Positions 10,454-22,516 of a DNA stretch of 38,357 nucleotides are shown here, in pieces. The stretch is from contig CAJVPI010000259.1 in the NCBI GenBank assembly GCA_910592345.1, positions 1 to 38,357 of the forward strand, given 5' to 3'. Made by a program: the position numbers and the translations under genes. How positions within the stretch are numbered: the stretch's first letter is position 1; each line of letters starts with the position of its first letter. The notes beneath the pieces were generated by a model. It had not been told where the DNA came from. It worked only from the letters and a program-made list of their open reading frames with translations, and made no database searches. Origin of the DNA: Paraglomus brasilianum (taxonomy: Eukaryota).

Positions 10454-13400
10454 GAGATATGCGTAATTAATAATACACAAATATCCTGTATATAGTCGGT
10501 TATTTATGAATATTTTCATATATACATTGTACAATAAATAATATCTACATATGTCTCGTTTTTGTTGGGCAGATAGAATCGCAAGTAATTTTTCGCGAAG
10601 ATGATCATTCGTACATGTATAATATTCAGAATCTCCTATATTTCCGCAGAACGATCATGCATGCAATAACATTAGACTCGAAATTATATACTAATTATTT
10701 ATTCCATTATCTTTTGTATAATAGCCTTTATTTAACTAGTAATAAAAAAGAAGAGGAATAAGACACATACTTTTGATTCTTTACTACTTGCCCATTGTTA
10801 TTCAATTCTGATTTTGTATTCAACCTTTAGATATTGCACTACTCTTCCCCCAGTTTCTTGGGCGACAACATCGTATATCCATCGTGTTTGGAGATTCAAT
10901 TTGATAATAGACTTTCATGTTAAAAACCATTCCACGGGTATAGAGGAGGAGATCCAGGAAAACGTCGCAAGAACAAAGAAGTAATAATGAGTCAAAATGA
11001 AGATGCTGCCACTATATTGCGCTCTTGTTGTTGACTTATTCATGTACTGAACAAGAAGATTATCGGCAACAAGCTATCCGTTGATTGTGTGACATGTGCA
11101 TCTGGCAGAGATCAGAGTTGTATAAAGTCCACCCGAAGCAATACTCCCGTGCATAGAAATCCGCGAATGTCATTTGGACGTGACTGGTTGAATACAGTCG
11201 AACATTCAGTTAAGAAGATTAAGTCACTATTATAAGTTCGTTAATTCATATGACTGATCTTGATGCTAATCTTCTGTGATTAACTTATACTAACGTGAAT
11301 TACATCTGTAATATTTCAAAGTACATATTGGGCGGCCAGGTTTATGAATTTCGCGAAGTTTGCCACTTTCTTTAATAAACTGACGCATAAAGTTGTAAAA
11401 TTGGATCAGGTAACAAAACAAATGAATCAACCACTGTTTTCCTCATAATAATTATAGCATTATTCACAGATTATTATTACACTTCTTTTAACAGCAAAGC
11501 ATATCACATAAATGACAATTTTGGAGCCTGAGTGCATATTAATATTGATATTAATATAAATAGCCCAAACATAATGAACATTATACTCTCTAAAGATCGA
11601 AAATGTGAGTCTAAATTATACCAATAATTATATGAGAAATTTCCTTTTAGAAATCCTTGTCATAAAATACTATGCAAATATAATGCAAGCAACAATAGTT
11701 CTTGTATTGTTTTAAACTACTAATTGATTGTACGTTTTGCACAAATTGAACCATGTTATCACAACCGAGCTGCAATTCAATAAATAGATTACAATACGAA
11801 AATATGCAACAATACCTGACAAACATTTTATCACCAATATGCCTAATGGAGGCTTTGCATTGAGTGGTACAACTGTGGCTCATGTCAGAATCCATGTACA
11901 ATTTTTTAAATCCATTACTGTTATATCAAAATGTAAACTTGGTTGAGATAAACTTTTGCTTGAGTAATCATTTTAATGACAATGTGTTTCATATGATATG
12001 AAGAAAAAATTACTTGTAAAAATTTAAACAAAGCAGGAGGAGGATATAACATTTAAAAAACAAGACAGAGATTCTGGAGAATAAACAAACCTATTTATAT
12101 CAATTTATGTTAAAGAGTCCCTATGGTGACTGATTACTAATACTAATGTTAATATTAAAATGTACTGTAGTCATGACCAAAAAGAATGTTTTAATTGTCA
12201 AAACACAAAAAAAATGATGAGATGAAGAAGAAAGAGAAATCGTTGCGAAGACTTCTCAAAATCTTTTTTAACAAGAATTAGACAATAAGACTGCTGACTG
12301 ACAAAGGAATTTAAAATATATATATATATATTTAAAGAAACTTTAAAGATGGTTAAACACAAAGAAGAATTTTATATTTTAGGATAAAAGGCCTTAACCA
12401 AAAAAGCACAAAAGACTACTATATGTTGTCCTCAGTGTCAAATTATGTACGATTGAGATAAAGACAGCAGACACACTCTTACACAAAAAGACGTGTTTAA
12501 ATCTTGAACATCGCACAAGAAATGACTGAACAAAGTAGAAAAATCAAGATGTAAACCCATGGGTTATGATACGTGTATGAGCATGCCTGTTTGGGAGAGC
12601 AGGTGGTCAAATTCTCCTCAAACACACAGTAAATAAGGGTCTACCCATGTGTGATCAATAAGGACTCGAAACCCCTCACTTTTATATGCAAATACACAAC
12701 CAAACTCGTTAAGTCGGTCACGGATGGCTGGGCATGGTATGCGCAAACGTCTATTATAGCAACATTATTTGGACCCTGACCCGTATTTATGTTAAGAAAG
12801 TAAAATAAGGCGGGGACCATCGCCAATATACGAAAAACTAGTTGCTCCCTTGGCTTTTTGAGTAAATAAGAGTGAAATTTAAAACACCCGCGGCTCGGGA
12901 GCTACGTGAGGTTATTTATGCGCAATGTTTATGTTTGCTTAAGCGCTCTTAATGACAATATTATTTTTATTAAGTCAATAAAAAAATATATATTTATAGA
13001 AAACACATAGAAAAAACACGGTAAAAAAATACAAAAAACCGCTAACATGCAAAAAACGCTAAGGCGTAACACCGCAAAAACGACCGAATAACAGTTCATA
13101 ACAAAAACGCTAAGCAGTCAAAAAACGCAGTGTTCGCGCTTTATTTATATAACGATAATGTAGAATAATAATAAGTAATAAAAATAAATATAGAGGGCAA
13201 AATTGTTAGACAGTAGAAACCATTGTTCTAAATAAATATCCGTGCTCGTTTGTTTTGAATAATCCATCCGTTTTTTGTCAATTTTCCACTTTAAGTCTTA
13301 ATTCTGAAACGATAATTTATCTTGAGCTGTTGTGTTATGTAATTACTATATTGATACAGCCTTATCGCCAAGCTTTGTGTTATGTAAATAAAATTTAGAT

Positions 13401-13479
13401 AATATAGTAATGGTGTTTTCTAATATCACGTAAGACCGACTTGTGGCTTATCGCGATTATATATATGTGTCGACCGACT

Positions 13480-14155
13480 TATTGAGTTGGCTGTGTATCA
13501 CCTAAATGTAGAGTAAAATATAGTGATATAGCATATCATTGTCATTATACTTACTACAAGCCTGAACAGCTAGAAAAACTAAACAAAACCTTCCAACCTA
13601 AAGATGATATTATTGCCGAAAGGAGTAAAGTGATTGCATAGGTACATAATGACATGGCATGAGGATATACAACTATTTCTACCAAACAACATCTTTCTAA
13701 AGTAATAGCACTAATACCCAAGAACCTGAGCACAAAATGATAAAGTACTACGAGAACTAGTGCAAAAAATGGAAAGGAAATTGATTATTATAATCTTACC
13801 ATCAGAGAAAGAGATGGAAAGAAGAATGTGAGAAGGGTCCTGTTGCTCCAACTTTTAATGGCAACCGTAATGAATCTGAATTCAAGCAAAAGTTGGGTTT
13901 AGGTTTAAATTACAAAAATAGAGATGAAATTGGACAAGATGGTCAACTTCTTGCTACTAGTGAGAACGTTTTTCTGAAAAACTTTGTGACCCGGAAGGAT
14001 ATGAAAAGGTGATAAAGACTGGAAGAAAAAAAACACAAAGAAGAAACCATTAGAGAATGAAAAGAAAGAACAAAGAGAAAGTGTGTGTGTGATTTATCAA
14101 TTACAAACTGAAATTTAACAATTGGAACAAATTATTAATTAAACTCCACAACAAT
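13480..14155 (+). pseudogene. Second frameshifted, intronless fragment resembling MRE (code 4) proteins
   Basis: A-rich, CpG-poor. TGA occurs in Trp-like contexts (MAWGY at 13660, IREWKE at 14058). The end reads YQLQTEI*QLEQIIN*TPQQ, resembling coiled-coil repeats recalled from MRE hypothetical proteins. Confidence 0.4.
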
Positions 14156-14174
14156 TTTATTTTCAGTCACCTGA

Positions 14175-15290
14175 GAGTTTGTACCTAATTTGACCGGGAG
14201 ATATTAGCTCTAAACGTAATCTTGCTTACACGCCCGTATCAATTAAGGCATAGCTAAATTTGCAGGCGGTTTTTTATACCTCCTATTGCCAAGGTATAAA
14301 TTGTCACTCAAATGTCGTGCTAAACTATATAATTAAGTAAACAAATTATACCGATAATCAAACTATTCTTTCCCGTCTGGTCTGATATTCACTTGTCTTC
14401 AGCTATAATAAATATAACTTCCGTAAACTGGCTATCCGGTTATTTTAGCCTCCTAAGCAATAGATACATCCGTTTTCAGCAACAATGACGCAAGAATAGA
14501 ACTATCATTAGAACAACAATCCTTAGACAAAGAGTATATTAATTATGAAAGAGCAATAGATTTTGACGCGTCTTTTTAAGGACTTCTTTAAACTCATTCT
14601 CAACCAATGAGCAATAATTTAATTAACTTCACTACGCGATTTTAATATGAATATTATGAGTTATTATTGCTCAACTCAATTTTTAACACTTTTCCAACAA
14701 ACCCTTCAACGATGGAGTTTAGCGAAAGTAGGTGGGACGCAATTTTTGGACCCCGTCACGAACTTAATTTTGTGTTATCAATGTGCAAATTCGTATTGCT
14801 TTTCGTAAAACTAGGTGACAGGAGTATCCGTTACACTAACATTTCGGATGTTTGTGACGAGCTCCGATGGTGTCACGATCAGTACAGCAAAATTGTACAT
14901 ACTAATACTAGCGGTCGCACAATATTTAGTTCGTAGACTTATTTGCAGTTAGTACACGTAGACGAATTTGGCACTTCAGAAAGTATATAATAATAAGCGA
15001 CTTATTTTCCGCTACTACTACAACCGGTGTGTCTCAAGTGTTCGAATTATTATAATACTCTGATTATTATTTCTCTAGTATTATTCGGTATAGCAGAAAA
15101 ACCGTTAATCCTTATATCGTATAGGAGTATTTGCTTCTTGTCCTGCAATTACTCTTGTGGCATTATGATAAATATTCGTTGTAGGAGCAACGCGTTTGTT
15201 ATAATTAGAAACCGACCCCGAACCTGTAGACTACCGAAATTAATCACATCGGTAGAGAATAGTGACGATACTCCAGGACGATTATAAGAT
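14175..15290 (+). pseudogene. ~370-codon colinear reading frame riddled with TAA/TAG stops (hypermutated repeat or TE gene)
   Basis: One frame links ORFs 14667-14936 and 15027-15287 with upstream sequence. It has 19 stops, all TAA or TAG, no TGA and no frameshift. With stops read as Gln it gives LHARINQGIAKFAGGFLYLLLPRYKLSLKCRAKLYNQVNKLYRQSNYSFPSGLIFTC...SRWDAIFGPRHELNF...DELRWCHDQY...CLKC. Confidence 0.7.
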
Positions 15291-15773
15291 TGACATCTAC
15301 GCATCGACGTCGGATCGTGAGCAGTAAAAGCCTGGTTTTAAAGGTCACTAACTGTTACTATTCTTAACTTAAATAGGAGAAGCCACATCTCCGATGAAAG
15401 AAAGTTAAATCCCAAGTGTTAACGACTGTCCGCTCTCCCGTGATTGTTGACGCGACATCGGCCATCAATATTCAAAATTCTAACAACAAAAAACACAAGA
15501 ATTAAAAAGCAAAAGAAAAAAATTAACTCGATTAGAAGCTCAAATAAACAATGGAAACCCCCTTTATATCAATTGAATTTCATAAATAGGATTAGGGACA
15601 GTTACTGCTTATTTATTAATTAACGAAAATAGAAGTTTACTGAATAGTTAGTTGTAGAACCTTGCTACAACTTCTCACTTATTTTAGTTATTAAGTAATT
15701 ACAATCAAATCAAGAGATATAAAGTTAATTATGAGTCAATTAAACACTTTTTTATTTAGTATAAAATTGCTCA

Positions 15774-16621
15774 TTACATTTGTACTTGCTTTGGATAAGT
15801 AAAGTCTCTAAATTCATCCCTGACGCAAAAAAAACCTGCTGAAACAAACAAAAAAAAAAACAAAAACGAACTGGTTAGAACTAGAAGACTAAATGAGTAA
15901 ATATTATGATAAATATATTCTTGCCTTTTGCAATCCAAAGGGGGAGGAGTTGTATTAAGTTGAAATAATAAAACTATCATCCTCTAATTTCCTTTTCTTG
16001 GTTGTAGAACCATCATCCTCCAATTTTCTTTTCTTGGTTGCAGTTGGCACATCTGGTGAAAACAGCAAGAGCAACAACAACAATAATTGAAAAGATAAAG
16101 ATTGAATAAAAATAAGAGATAATATACTGTAAACATAGAATATGCAGTGTATATATATAGGTAATTGTGAATAAAGCACTGCTAACCAGTCACTTTATAC
16201 CCTGTGTATGCACTACTCTATGTCTCCAATGGTCACAAAGTAGTGAATGCTAGTAATGCATCTCCCAAAAATTTTTTCTGCCAGTCAGTAAACCTCCTGC
16301 TGCTTTAACACACTCCTCTCTTCTGAATAAATTACCTTGCAAAACTCTTATCTCTTGAAAGACTCCACACTTGCCCTGCCACACTTCCAAACGCATTATC
16401 GCGGTCCGCTGCAGGACACTCTCTAACTTTACCAGCATCTCCCTTTTTTCCTTCTCATCAACGTCAAGCATGCCTGTCAGAATCTTGCTGTTCAACTCCT
16501 TCAGCAAGTCCCCATTCCCCCCGTTATAAAACTTCTTTAATGCGCTCTTTGCCTTGTTCAGCTTATCCTCTGCCTCGTCCACTGTCTTCTTGTATTCTAT
16601 AAGTTCGTCGACAGTAGCCAT
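15774..16621 (-). pseudogene. Degenerate lineage-specific gene: N-terminal coiled coil plus an exon with a duplicated NLS-like motif
   Basis: ATG at 16621 gives MATVDELIEYKKTVDEAEDKLNKAKSALKKF... A downstream AG-bounded exon encodes DVPTATKKRKLEDDGSTTKKRKLEDD. Frames break afterwards and the region is CpG-poor. Confidence 0.45.
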
Positions 16622-17181
16622 GTGTAAAGTGAGCAAATTTTTTGGACAAGTCACGAGAAAATTTGTATGAATTGGCCACGCAGCAATAAGTGACGGAAAA
16701 ATAACTATTTTTAGTTGTTTTGATAGACTTTCTCACTATGTTCTTTCTTATTTTTCACCCATAATGATATCGACTTTAAAGTTTTAGTCTTGGGACTCAT
16801 TTTAAACATTATCCACTGTAGAAGCACTGAGGTATCCCTGTAATAGTAAATAGCCGATTTTTTTTGCTATTGACTTCGGAATTGTTTGATTGGTCAAAAA
16901 TTCAAACGACTGGATTGTTGAAAAAATGTAGCTAATTATGAAAAAAAAAGTAGGAACAAGTATAACCATTGCGATAAATGCAGTAGATAATTAGGCTTCA
17001 TAAGTTGATTAAAATGTTGACACGAGTTAAAATATGTGAGGAATGCGAAGACAAGAACATGCTCTAAAATTTATGTTATTATTATTTAATTTGGATCCGG
17101 GTGATTTTGCGAGTAGATGTCAGAGGAAAATGGGCACTAAAGTGATAACAACCTTTCCCCCAGGCAAAAAAAAAGTAAATT

Positions 17182-17211
17182 GGTTACTGCTGTTCGGGTT
17201 ACTGCTGTTCG
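17182..17211 (+). repeat. 15-bp tandem duplication GGTTACTGCTGTTCG x2
   Basis: Directly visible, with degenerate further copies to about 17238. Confidence 0.8.
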
Positions 17212-18136
17212 GGTGAAACTGAAAGCGGGTTACTTTCTTGAGGTGGCTTATAATAAAATATTAACATTCGTTATTTATTATTAGAAATGTTGCATTATTG
17301 TTATTATTTGTTCTTTATTTTGTACCGATATTTTGATATAAGGTTCCCTAGTGACTAATGAGATATGTTACGGAATAATTATTTATTAATGTTTCAGTTA
17401 TCGTATTATTCTCTGAATTGACACTTGGCATGTAAATTCTCCGCAATTAACAAGACAAACAGCAGAGTGTTCGCTTTGTCGTAACATCTTGAAGGGAAGC
17501 GTGAGAAATGTTTAATTTAGAAAGACTGCGATTATAAGATCTTATGTTAATACAAAAAAGGCGTTCGTAGTAGTAAAGCCAATGTATAACACCGAGAGTT
17601 TAGTATACTCGTTCAATACAGCAAAAGTTATTGTAAATTTATAGTTATTTTGTTTAAGTTAAATGTCAATGAGGGAAAACTTGGACCAAAATGTTGGAGC
17701 CATAGGGTGTGATAGAGAAATGCGGATACTCTTGATAAAGAAAAATATTGACGTTGAACCTAACCATCATAACTAGTTATGTTTATTGTATAATGGGTAT
17801 TAAATATTTTATACAAAAAAATCAACCACAATTTTCAAACATATTCCAGAGGTTAATAATTGATGAGCCGACGCATGTTGGTTTTAGCAAGATAATTACT
17901 CTAAGCATATTAATATGGCTCAACTTGCCAAATTATTATTTCTCGTAAAAAGTTCTGTGGTTATTGACTGGGCCTTGGTCTTAATTCATTAAAAAATTCT
18001 GAAAGGATCCACGGATGCTAAAAATTTAAAATTGGCCAATTTTATAGTGAAGAAATGGAGTTTAATTTCAAAAGCCATGTCAAATAAATGTAGTCTGTTT
18101 AATGAAAACAAATCCCATATTTTTTTTTCTCAGTAA

Positions 18137-19515
18137 ATGTCCTTATCAAAGCTATCATGTGATGTTGTACCTCAGTTGGTCAGTTCTGGACTGAGTGACT
18201 AGGTTCCGAACCGAGACAGGTCCCAAACTCAGACAATGATAACGATTCGTGTCACACTATATTATCAGGTACCTGACCTTCGGTGATATATTAGATTAAA
18301 AGTGTTGTATTTATAACAAATAGTGTAGAAAGGCCTATGAAGGATACGCCTATTGCCTAAAGATTCCATCAGTAAGTATACTACGAAACACGAATTATGA
18401 AAGACGACAGTCAACGTAAAATCATTCGTCTAACAAAACTATAATAAAGTTGGCTAAGTTGGTGGCCTCATCACTAAACATCGATATCACAGGGCCCTAT
18501 TATTGGAGTGGCAAAGATTAACAATAACAATCAATTCTCTTTCCATTTTTGCATTAGTTCTTGTAGTACTTCACCAATGGCAGTGCCATTCAAGCTATAA
18601 TAAATGATCATATATATGCCAAAGCAGAAATTGGGGTTTTCTACTCTACTAATTTATTATTCTGGTCGCTATATTAATTAAATAAACATTGATATCTCAT
18701 TTAGACAACTGATAGAGTAAGTGTCCAAATGCTAATTAAAATAAGCTAACCTCCCCGATATACTGTATTTGATTACCACTGGTGAATCATCTTTAAAGAT
18801 AGGCAATTCGATAAAAACTTGCTCAGCAGTTGTTGTATGCCGTCGTCAGATATATATGATCTTATGTGCAAGACGGAGAAGAATAATTCTGAGAATAATA
18901 TATGGTATGCCATTTATCATAATGATGTAAAACCGTCTTGAGAATGAGAATCTACTACTACTACTACTACGAGGATTTGCCAAACCCGAGAAACAGTCAC
19001 GATTCAGCTGCAGGTATGAAGACAACTAATTACGTGTTTATATAAGTCAATTTACAAGTCTATTGCCTCATTATTACCCTAAATCGATGTCCGTAGTTAT
19101 TGTAGCTCAAACATAAATATAATGACAAAGTGTTTCGTTTTCTTGCACCTTATTTGAATAACTTGCTAGCCAACAGACTTTTTGATACGATCTCACACGT
19201 TTAGAGCGTGGGAGCTTGCCATACATTTAATTATCGCTTTTTAATTTTACTTATTATAGCACAGATGTATCAACATCCGAGTCTCTAGCCGTGCCTCAAA
19301 ACGCCTCTTCAGTGACAAGCATTTCTTCCCAAACGAATACAACTGAACTCGAATACGAATACTCCTCTACGGGTGATGATACAAAGAGCATTGGCTCAAG
19401 TATGTTGATATCAATTGGTATAGCGATTGGTTTGACGATACTTGTAATGGTTATTGGCTTACTCGCTGCTTGCGTGCAGTCATGCCGCACTTCGCATAGA
19501 AATGCAAGGGTTTAG
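18137..19515 (+). pseudogene. Decayed TKL protein kinase gene with an intact final exon (Ser/Thr-rich stalk plus transmembrane helix)
   Basis: Frameshifted kinase motifs appear in the correct order: SD*VP (EWIP-like), SG(T)FGDI, KDTPIALKIP, PIIGVAK, LVLEYFTNGS, DIY-like, TGES.FKDRQFD, KLAQ.CC, WYAIYHNDVKP, EDLPNPRNS. A phase-1 intron 19014-19264 joins to DVSTSESLAVPQNASS...SMLISIGIAIGLTILVMVIGLLAACVQSCRTSHRNARV*. Confidence 0.65.
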
Positions 19516-20707
19516 TAGCCAATGTTCATAATATGGCTTGTCGTAGAATAAGTGCCCAATGAAATCATCCAAGCTATCGACAAAACTGTTAATACATAGT
19601 AATAGAGTTTATTAATATTATTGTTAGAATAGATTAAGATGTATTGTTAATATTAATTAAGTAATGTTACAATAAATGTAAGACTAAAATGAAATCGGAT
19701 GCATTCCTCTGGAGCTCCTTTAACCGCCTTTCCTTCCCGACATAAGGTACAATGTTACCTTAGTGTATTGTACGGTTGTATTGCAGGATAACAAAACTAT
19801 GAACAAATCGAATAAATGTGCATATTCTATAAATATTGCACCAGATCATTTTTTAGAATCGCTCGAACGACGCTCGCATTGTTGCAATAGTAACAGTAGA
19901 GGTGTGTTTCGGTATATACTGTAAAGGAACTTTAGCGATATGCCAAAAGAGCAGTCTCAGGTTTTGCATTTGCTTCTCTCCGTTCTTACATATCTATACA
20001 TATTACTTACACCGTCTCCTTCTCGAAAACGGTTGTTCTACTAATGGAAAATGTTGTTCGCGAATCGGTCAACTTCACCAAACTGCAAGATAGTCTGTAC
20101 GCTCTCACAACCGACACGTATATCGCCACTGTAGCTCTGTAGGTGTCACCCTTAAAAGAGTGAAAACAACTGTCAGTCGCGTAGCCATGTTTGTGTTTGA
20201 AATACCGAAGCTCAACATGACGCGAACAATGGATCATATGGGATTGCATATCATGTGACATGTTTGAAATTAATTTAATATTAATGACGACCACTTTCTT
20301 TTTTTTCCCATACTCGCTGTAATGTCAACGGTGACTTCTAAGAACAATTGAAACAGCAGGAGGACTAATAGTGCAACCAGACGCCTCTGTGGTGAAACAT
20401 CTCCTTGCTCATGTTCAATAAAGAACTCGAAAACTCTCCTTACTCACCCGTGTTTCCTACTCTCTAAAGTAATCAGAAGGCAGCTTCAGCTTTGATATAA
20501 TATCGGCTAAAAGGATCGACATGCGATCTGCAGAAACAGGAATGTTCTAAAATTACAGACACGTCTGTTAAAGTTTATAAATGAAGCCTTCCCGGAATCA
20601 TTGTAACGGATTCGGTTCAGTCGGTCTTAGTTACCTATTCTCTCGTTGGCAGATACACACCGTCGCTTCTCCTATCTTTGTGATTTAATACATAATATGT
20701 ATTGCAT

Positions 20708-20950
20708 GCGCGTAATTCATGTGATCGTAGTCACGCGTCTGTTTGTTTTGCTTGTTGTCGTGATTCGCGTGGTTGCTCTGAACAAACACGTGTATCGTAC
20801 CACCATAATAAATGATACGCGTGCCATGCATATCACTCGACCAACCAAATTCCGATATGAATTCTCACCTGCAAAATTTGTTGCTCCTCACATCAAATAG
20901 TAAACTCAGCAATTGGTGAAGTATCAAAGGAATTTTTTTTCTTATAAATA
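20708..20950 (+). promoter_or_regulatory. RNR2 promoter: cluster of MCB/E2F-like CGCG elements and a TATA box
   Basis: GCGCGT at 20708, ACGCGT at 20733, TCGCGT at 20765, ACGCGT at 20817; TATAAATA at 20943, about 150 bp before the ATG. Confidence 0.6.
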
Positions 20951-21093
20951 GCCCACACCCATCATTCTTCCCTTTGTCCGCAATAACTGCTCTGACGTTC
21001 TATCGCCACTTTGTGTTATTACCTTTTGCGTTACTACCAATACAACCAAACAGATATCAACTTACTGAAACGTCACTATTTTATTTAATAACC

Positions 21094-22516
21094 ATGCCCG
21101 GCCAGAACACAAACACTCGCTCCGGCAGGAAGTCTGCTTTACGAGAAACAGACAATAAGGAGAACCACAAACCGAATACACCATCGGTCGATAAGCCGTC
21201 GATGAAAGAAAAAGACGGCTCTGACGCACTAGAATATGAAAAGAACGAACCTCTCTTACAACCCAACCCCAGGCGATTTGTACTGTTTCCCATAAAATAT
21301 CAAGAAGTATGTTGGTTACACTGATCTGCATTGCGTATGACTGTTTACTCCACATGACGTATTGACATTCTCTCAAATACCAGATTTGGCACTTTTACAA
21401 AAAAGCCGAAGCATCCTTTTGGACAGTGGAGGAGGTCGACTTATCGAAAGACCTTAACGACTGGGATAACAAGCTGACCGAAGACGAAAAATATTTCGTT
21501 TCGCACGTATTGGCATTCTTTGCAGCGTCTGACGGAATAGTGAATGAGAATTTGGTCGAAAGGTTCAGCAATGAAGTACAAATACCAGAAGCAAGGTGTT
21601 TCTATGGGTTTCAGATAATGATAGAGAATATTCATTCGGAAATGTATTCACTGTTGATCGACACGTATATCAAGGAACCAGCGCAGAGAGAATTCCTATT
21701 TGACGCAATCGAGACAAGTAAGCAAGATTTAAGACTAATCGGGGAGGGCATGTTGTTCAAAGTTTACAATAGATGAGATCTCGATATTGTGTACCTATCC
21801 GATAATGATCCTTAATTGTAATAAGTTTATTTTTTGTAACATGGTACTAATGGCATTAGATAATTACGCCGCTCTAGATGTACTTGTAACTATTATTCAT
21901 TCATATTTTAATCTGCCTTGATTATATAGTTCCATGCATCCGCAAGAAAGCAGATTGGGCACTTCGCTGGATCGCCGATCATAAAGCCTCCTTCGCCGAA
22001 CGTTTGGTTGCATTTGCTGCAGTTGAAGGAATATTCTTTTCTGGTGCCTTCGCTTCCATCTTCTGGCTCAAGAAACGGGGCATGATGCCCGGACTAACAT
22101 TCTCCAACGAACTGATTTCGCGTGACGAGGGACTCCATTGCGATTTTGCTTGCCTTTTGTTCTCTCATCTACGCATGCGACCAAGTCAAAAGAAAGTGGA
22201 AGCAATAATTGTCGAAGCTGTATCCATAGAGCAAGAGTTTCTTACCGAATCGCTACCGGTTGATTTGATTGGAATGAATTCGACGCTGATGAAGAAATAC
22301 ATTGAATTCGTTGCTGACAGGTTATTGGTTGCTCTCGGATGTCCAAAGCATTACAAGAGCGACAATCCGTTTGATTTCATGGATTTAATTTCATTACAGG
22401 GGAAGACGAACTTTTTCGAAAAACGGGTATCTGATTATCAAAAAGCCAATGTTATGAGCAGAGTAACAAGCTCAAACCCGTCAGATAACACATTTACACT
22501 TGACGCTGATTTCTAA
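21094..22516 (+). CDS. RNR2: Ribonucleoside-diphosphate reductase small subunit (class Ia beta), ~377 aa, 3 exons
   Basis: Exons 21094-21306, 21384-21717, 21930-22516. Motifs [75 protein letters not shown]-terminal FTLDADF. N-terminal KEN motif (NKENH). Confidence 0.98.

Noticed and set aside
10925..11225. Protein-like frame (PFHGYRGGDPGKRRKNKEV...) as a paralogue of the 9204 kinase exon 1
   Set aside because: Similarity is limited to a few residues, there is an internal stop, and no kinase motifs follow.
12388..12636. Frame with three TGA and no TAA/TAG (CCPQCQIMYD*DKD...) as a third code-4 fragment
   Set aside because: It also uses TGG twice, follows an intron-like TTTTAG acceptor, and the TGAs read equally well as CGA-derived. 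More likely a decayed host exon.
18830..19515. WSC-type cell-wall sensor (Cys motif, Thr run, TM helix)
   Set aside because: The upstream segment aligns with the kinase tail at 38040-38357, so a kinase relic explains it better.
19902..20294. Short overlapping ORFs between the kinase relic and RNR2
   Set aside because: No coherent spliced model or motif could be built.
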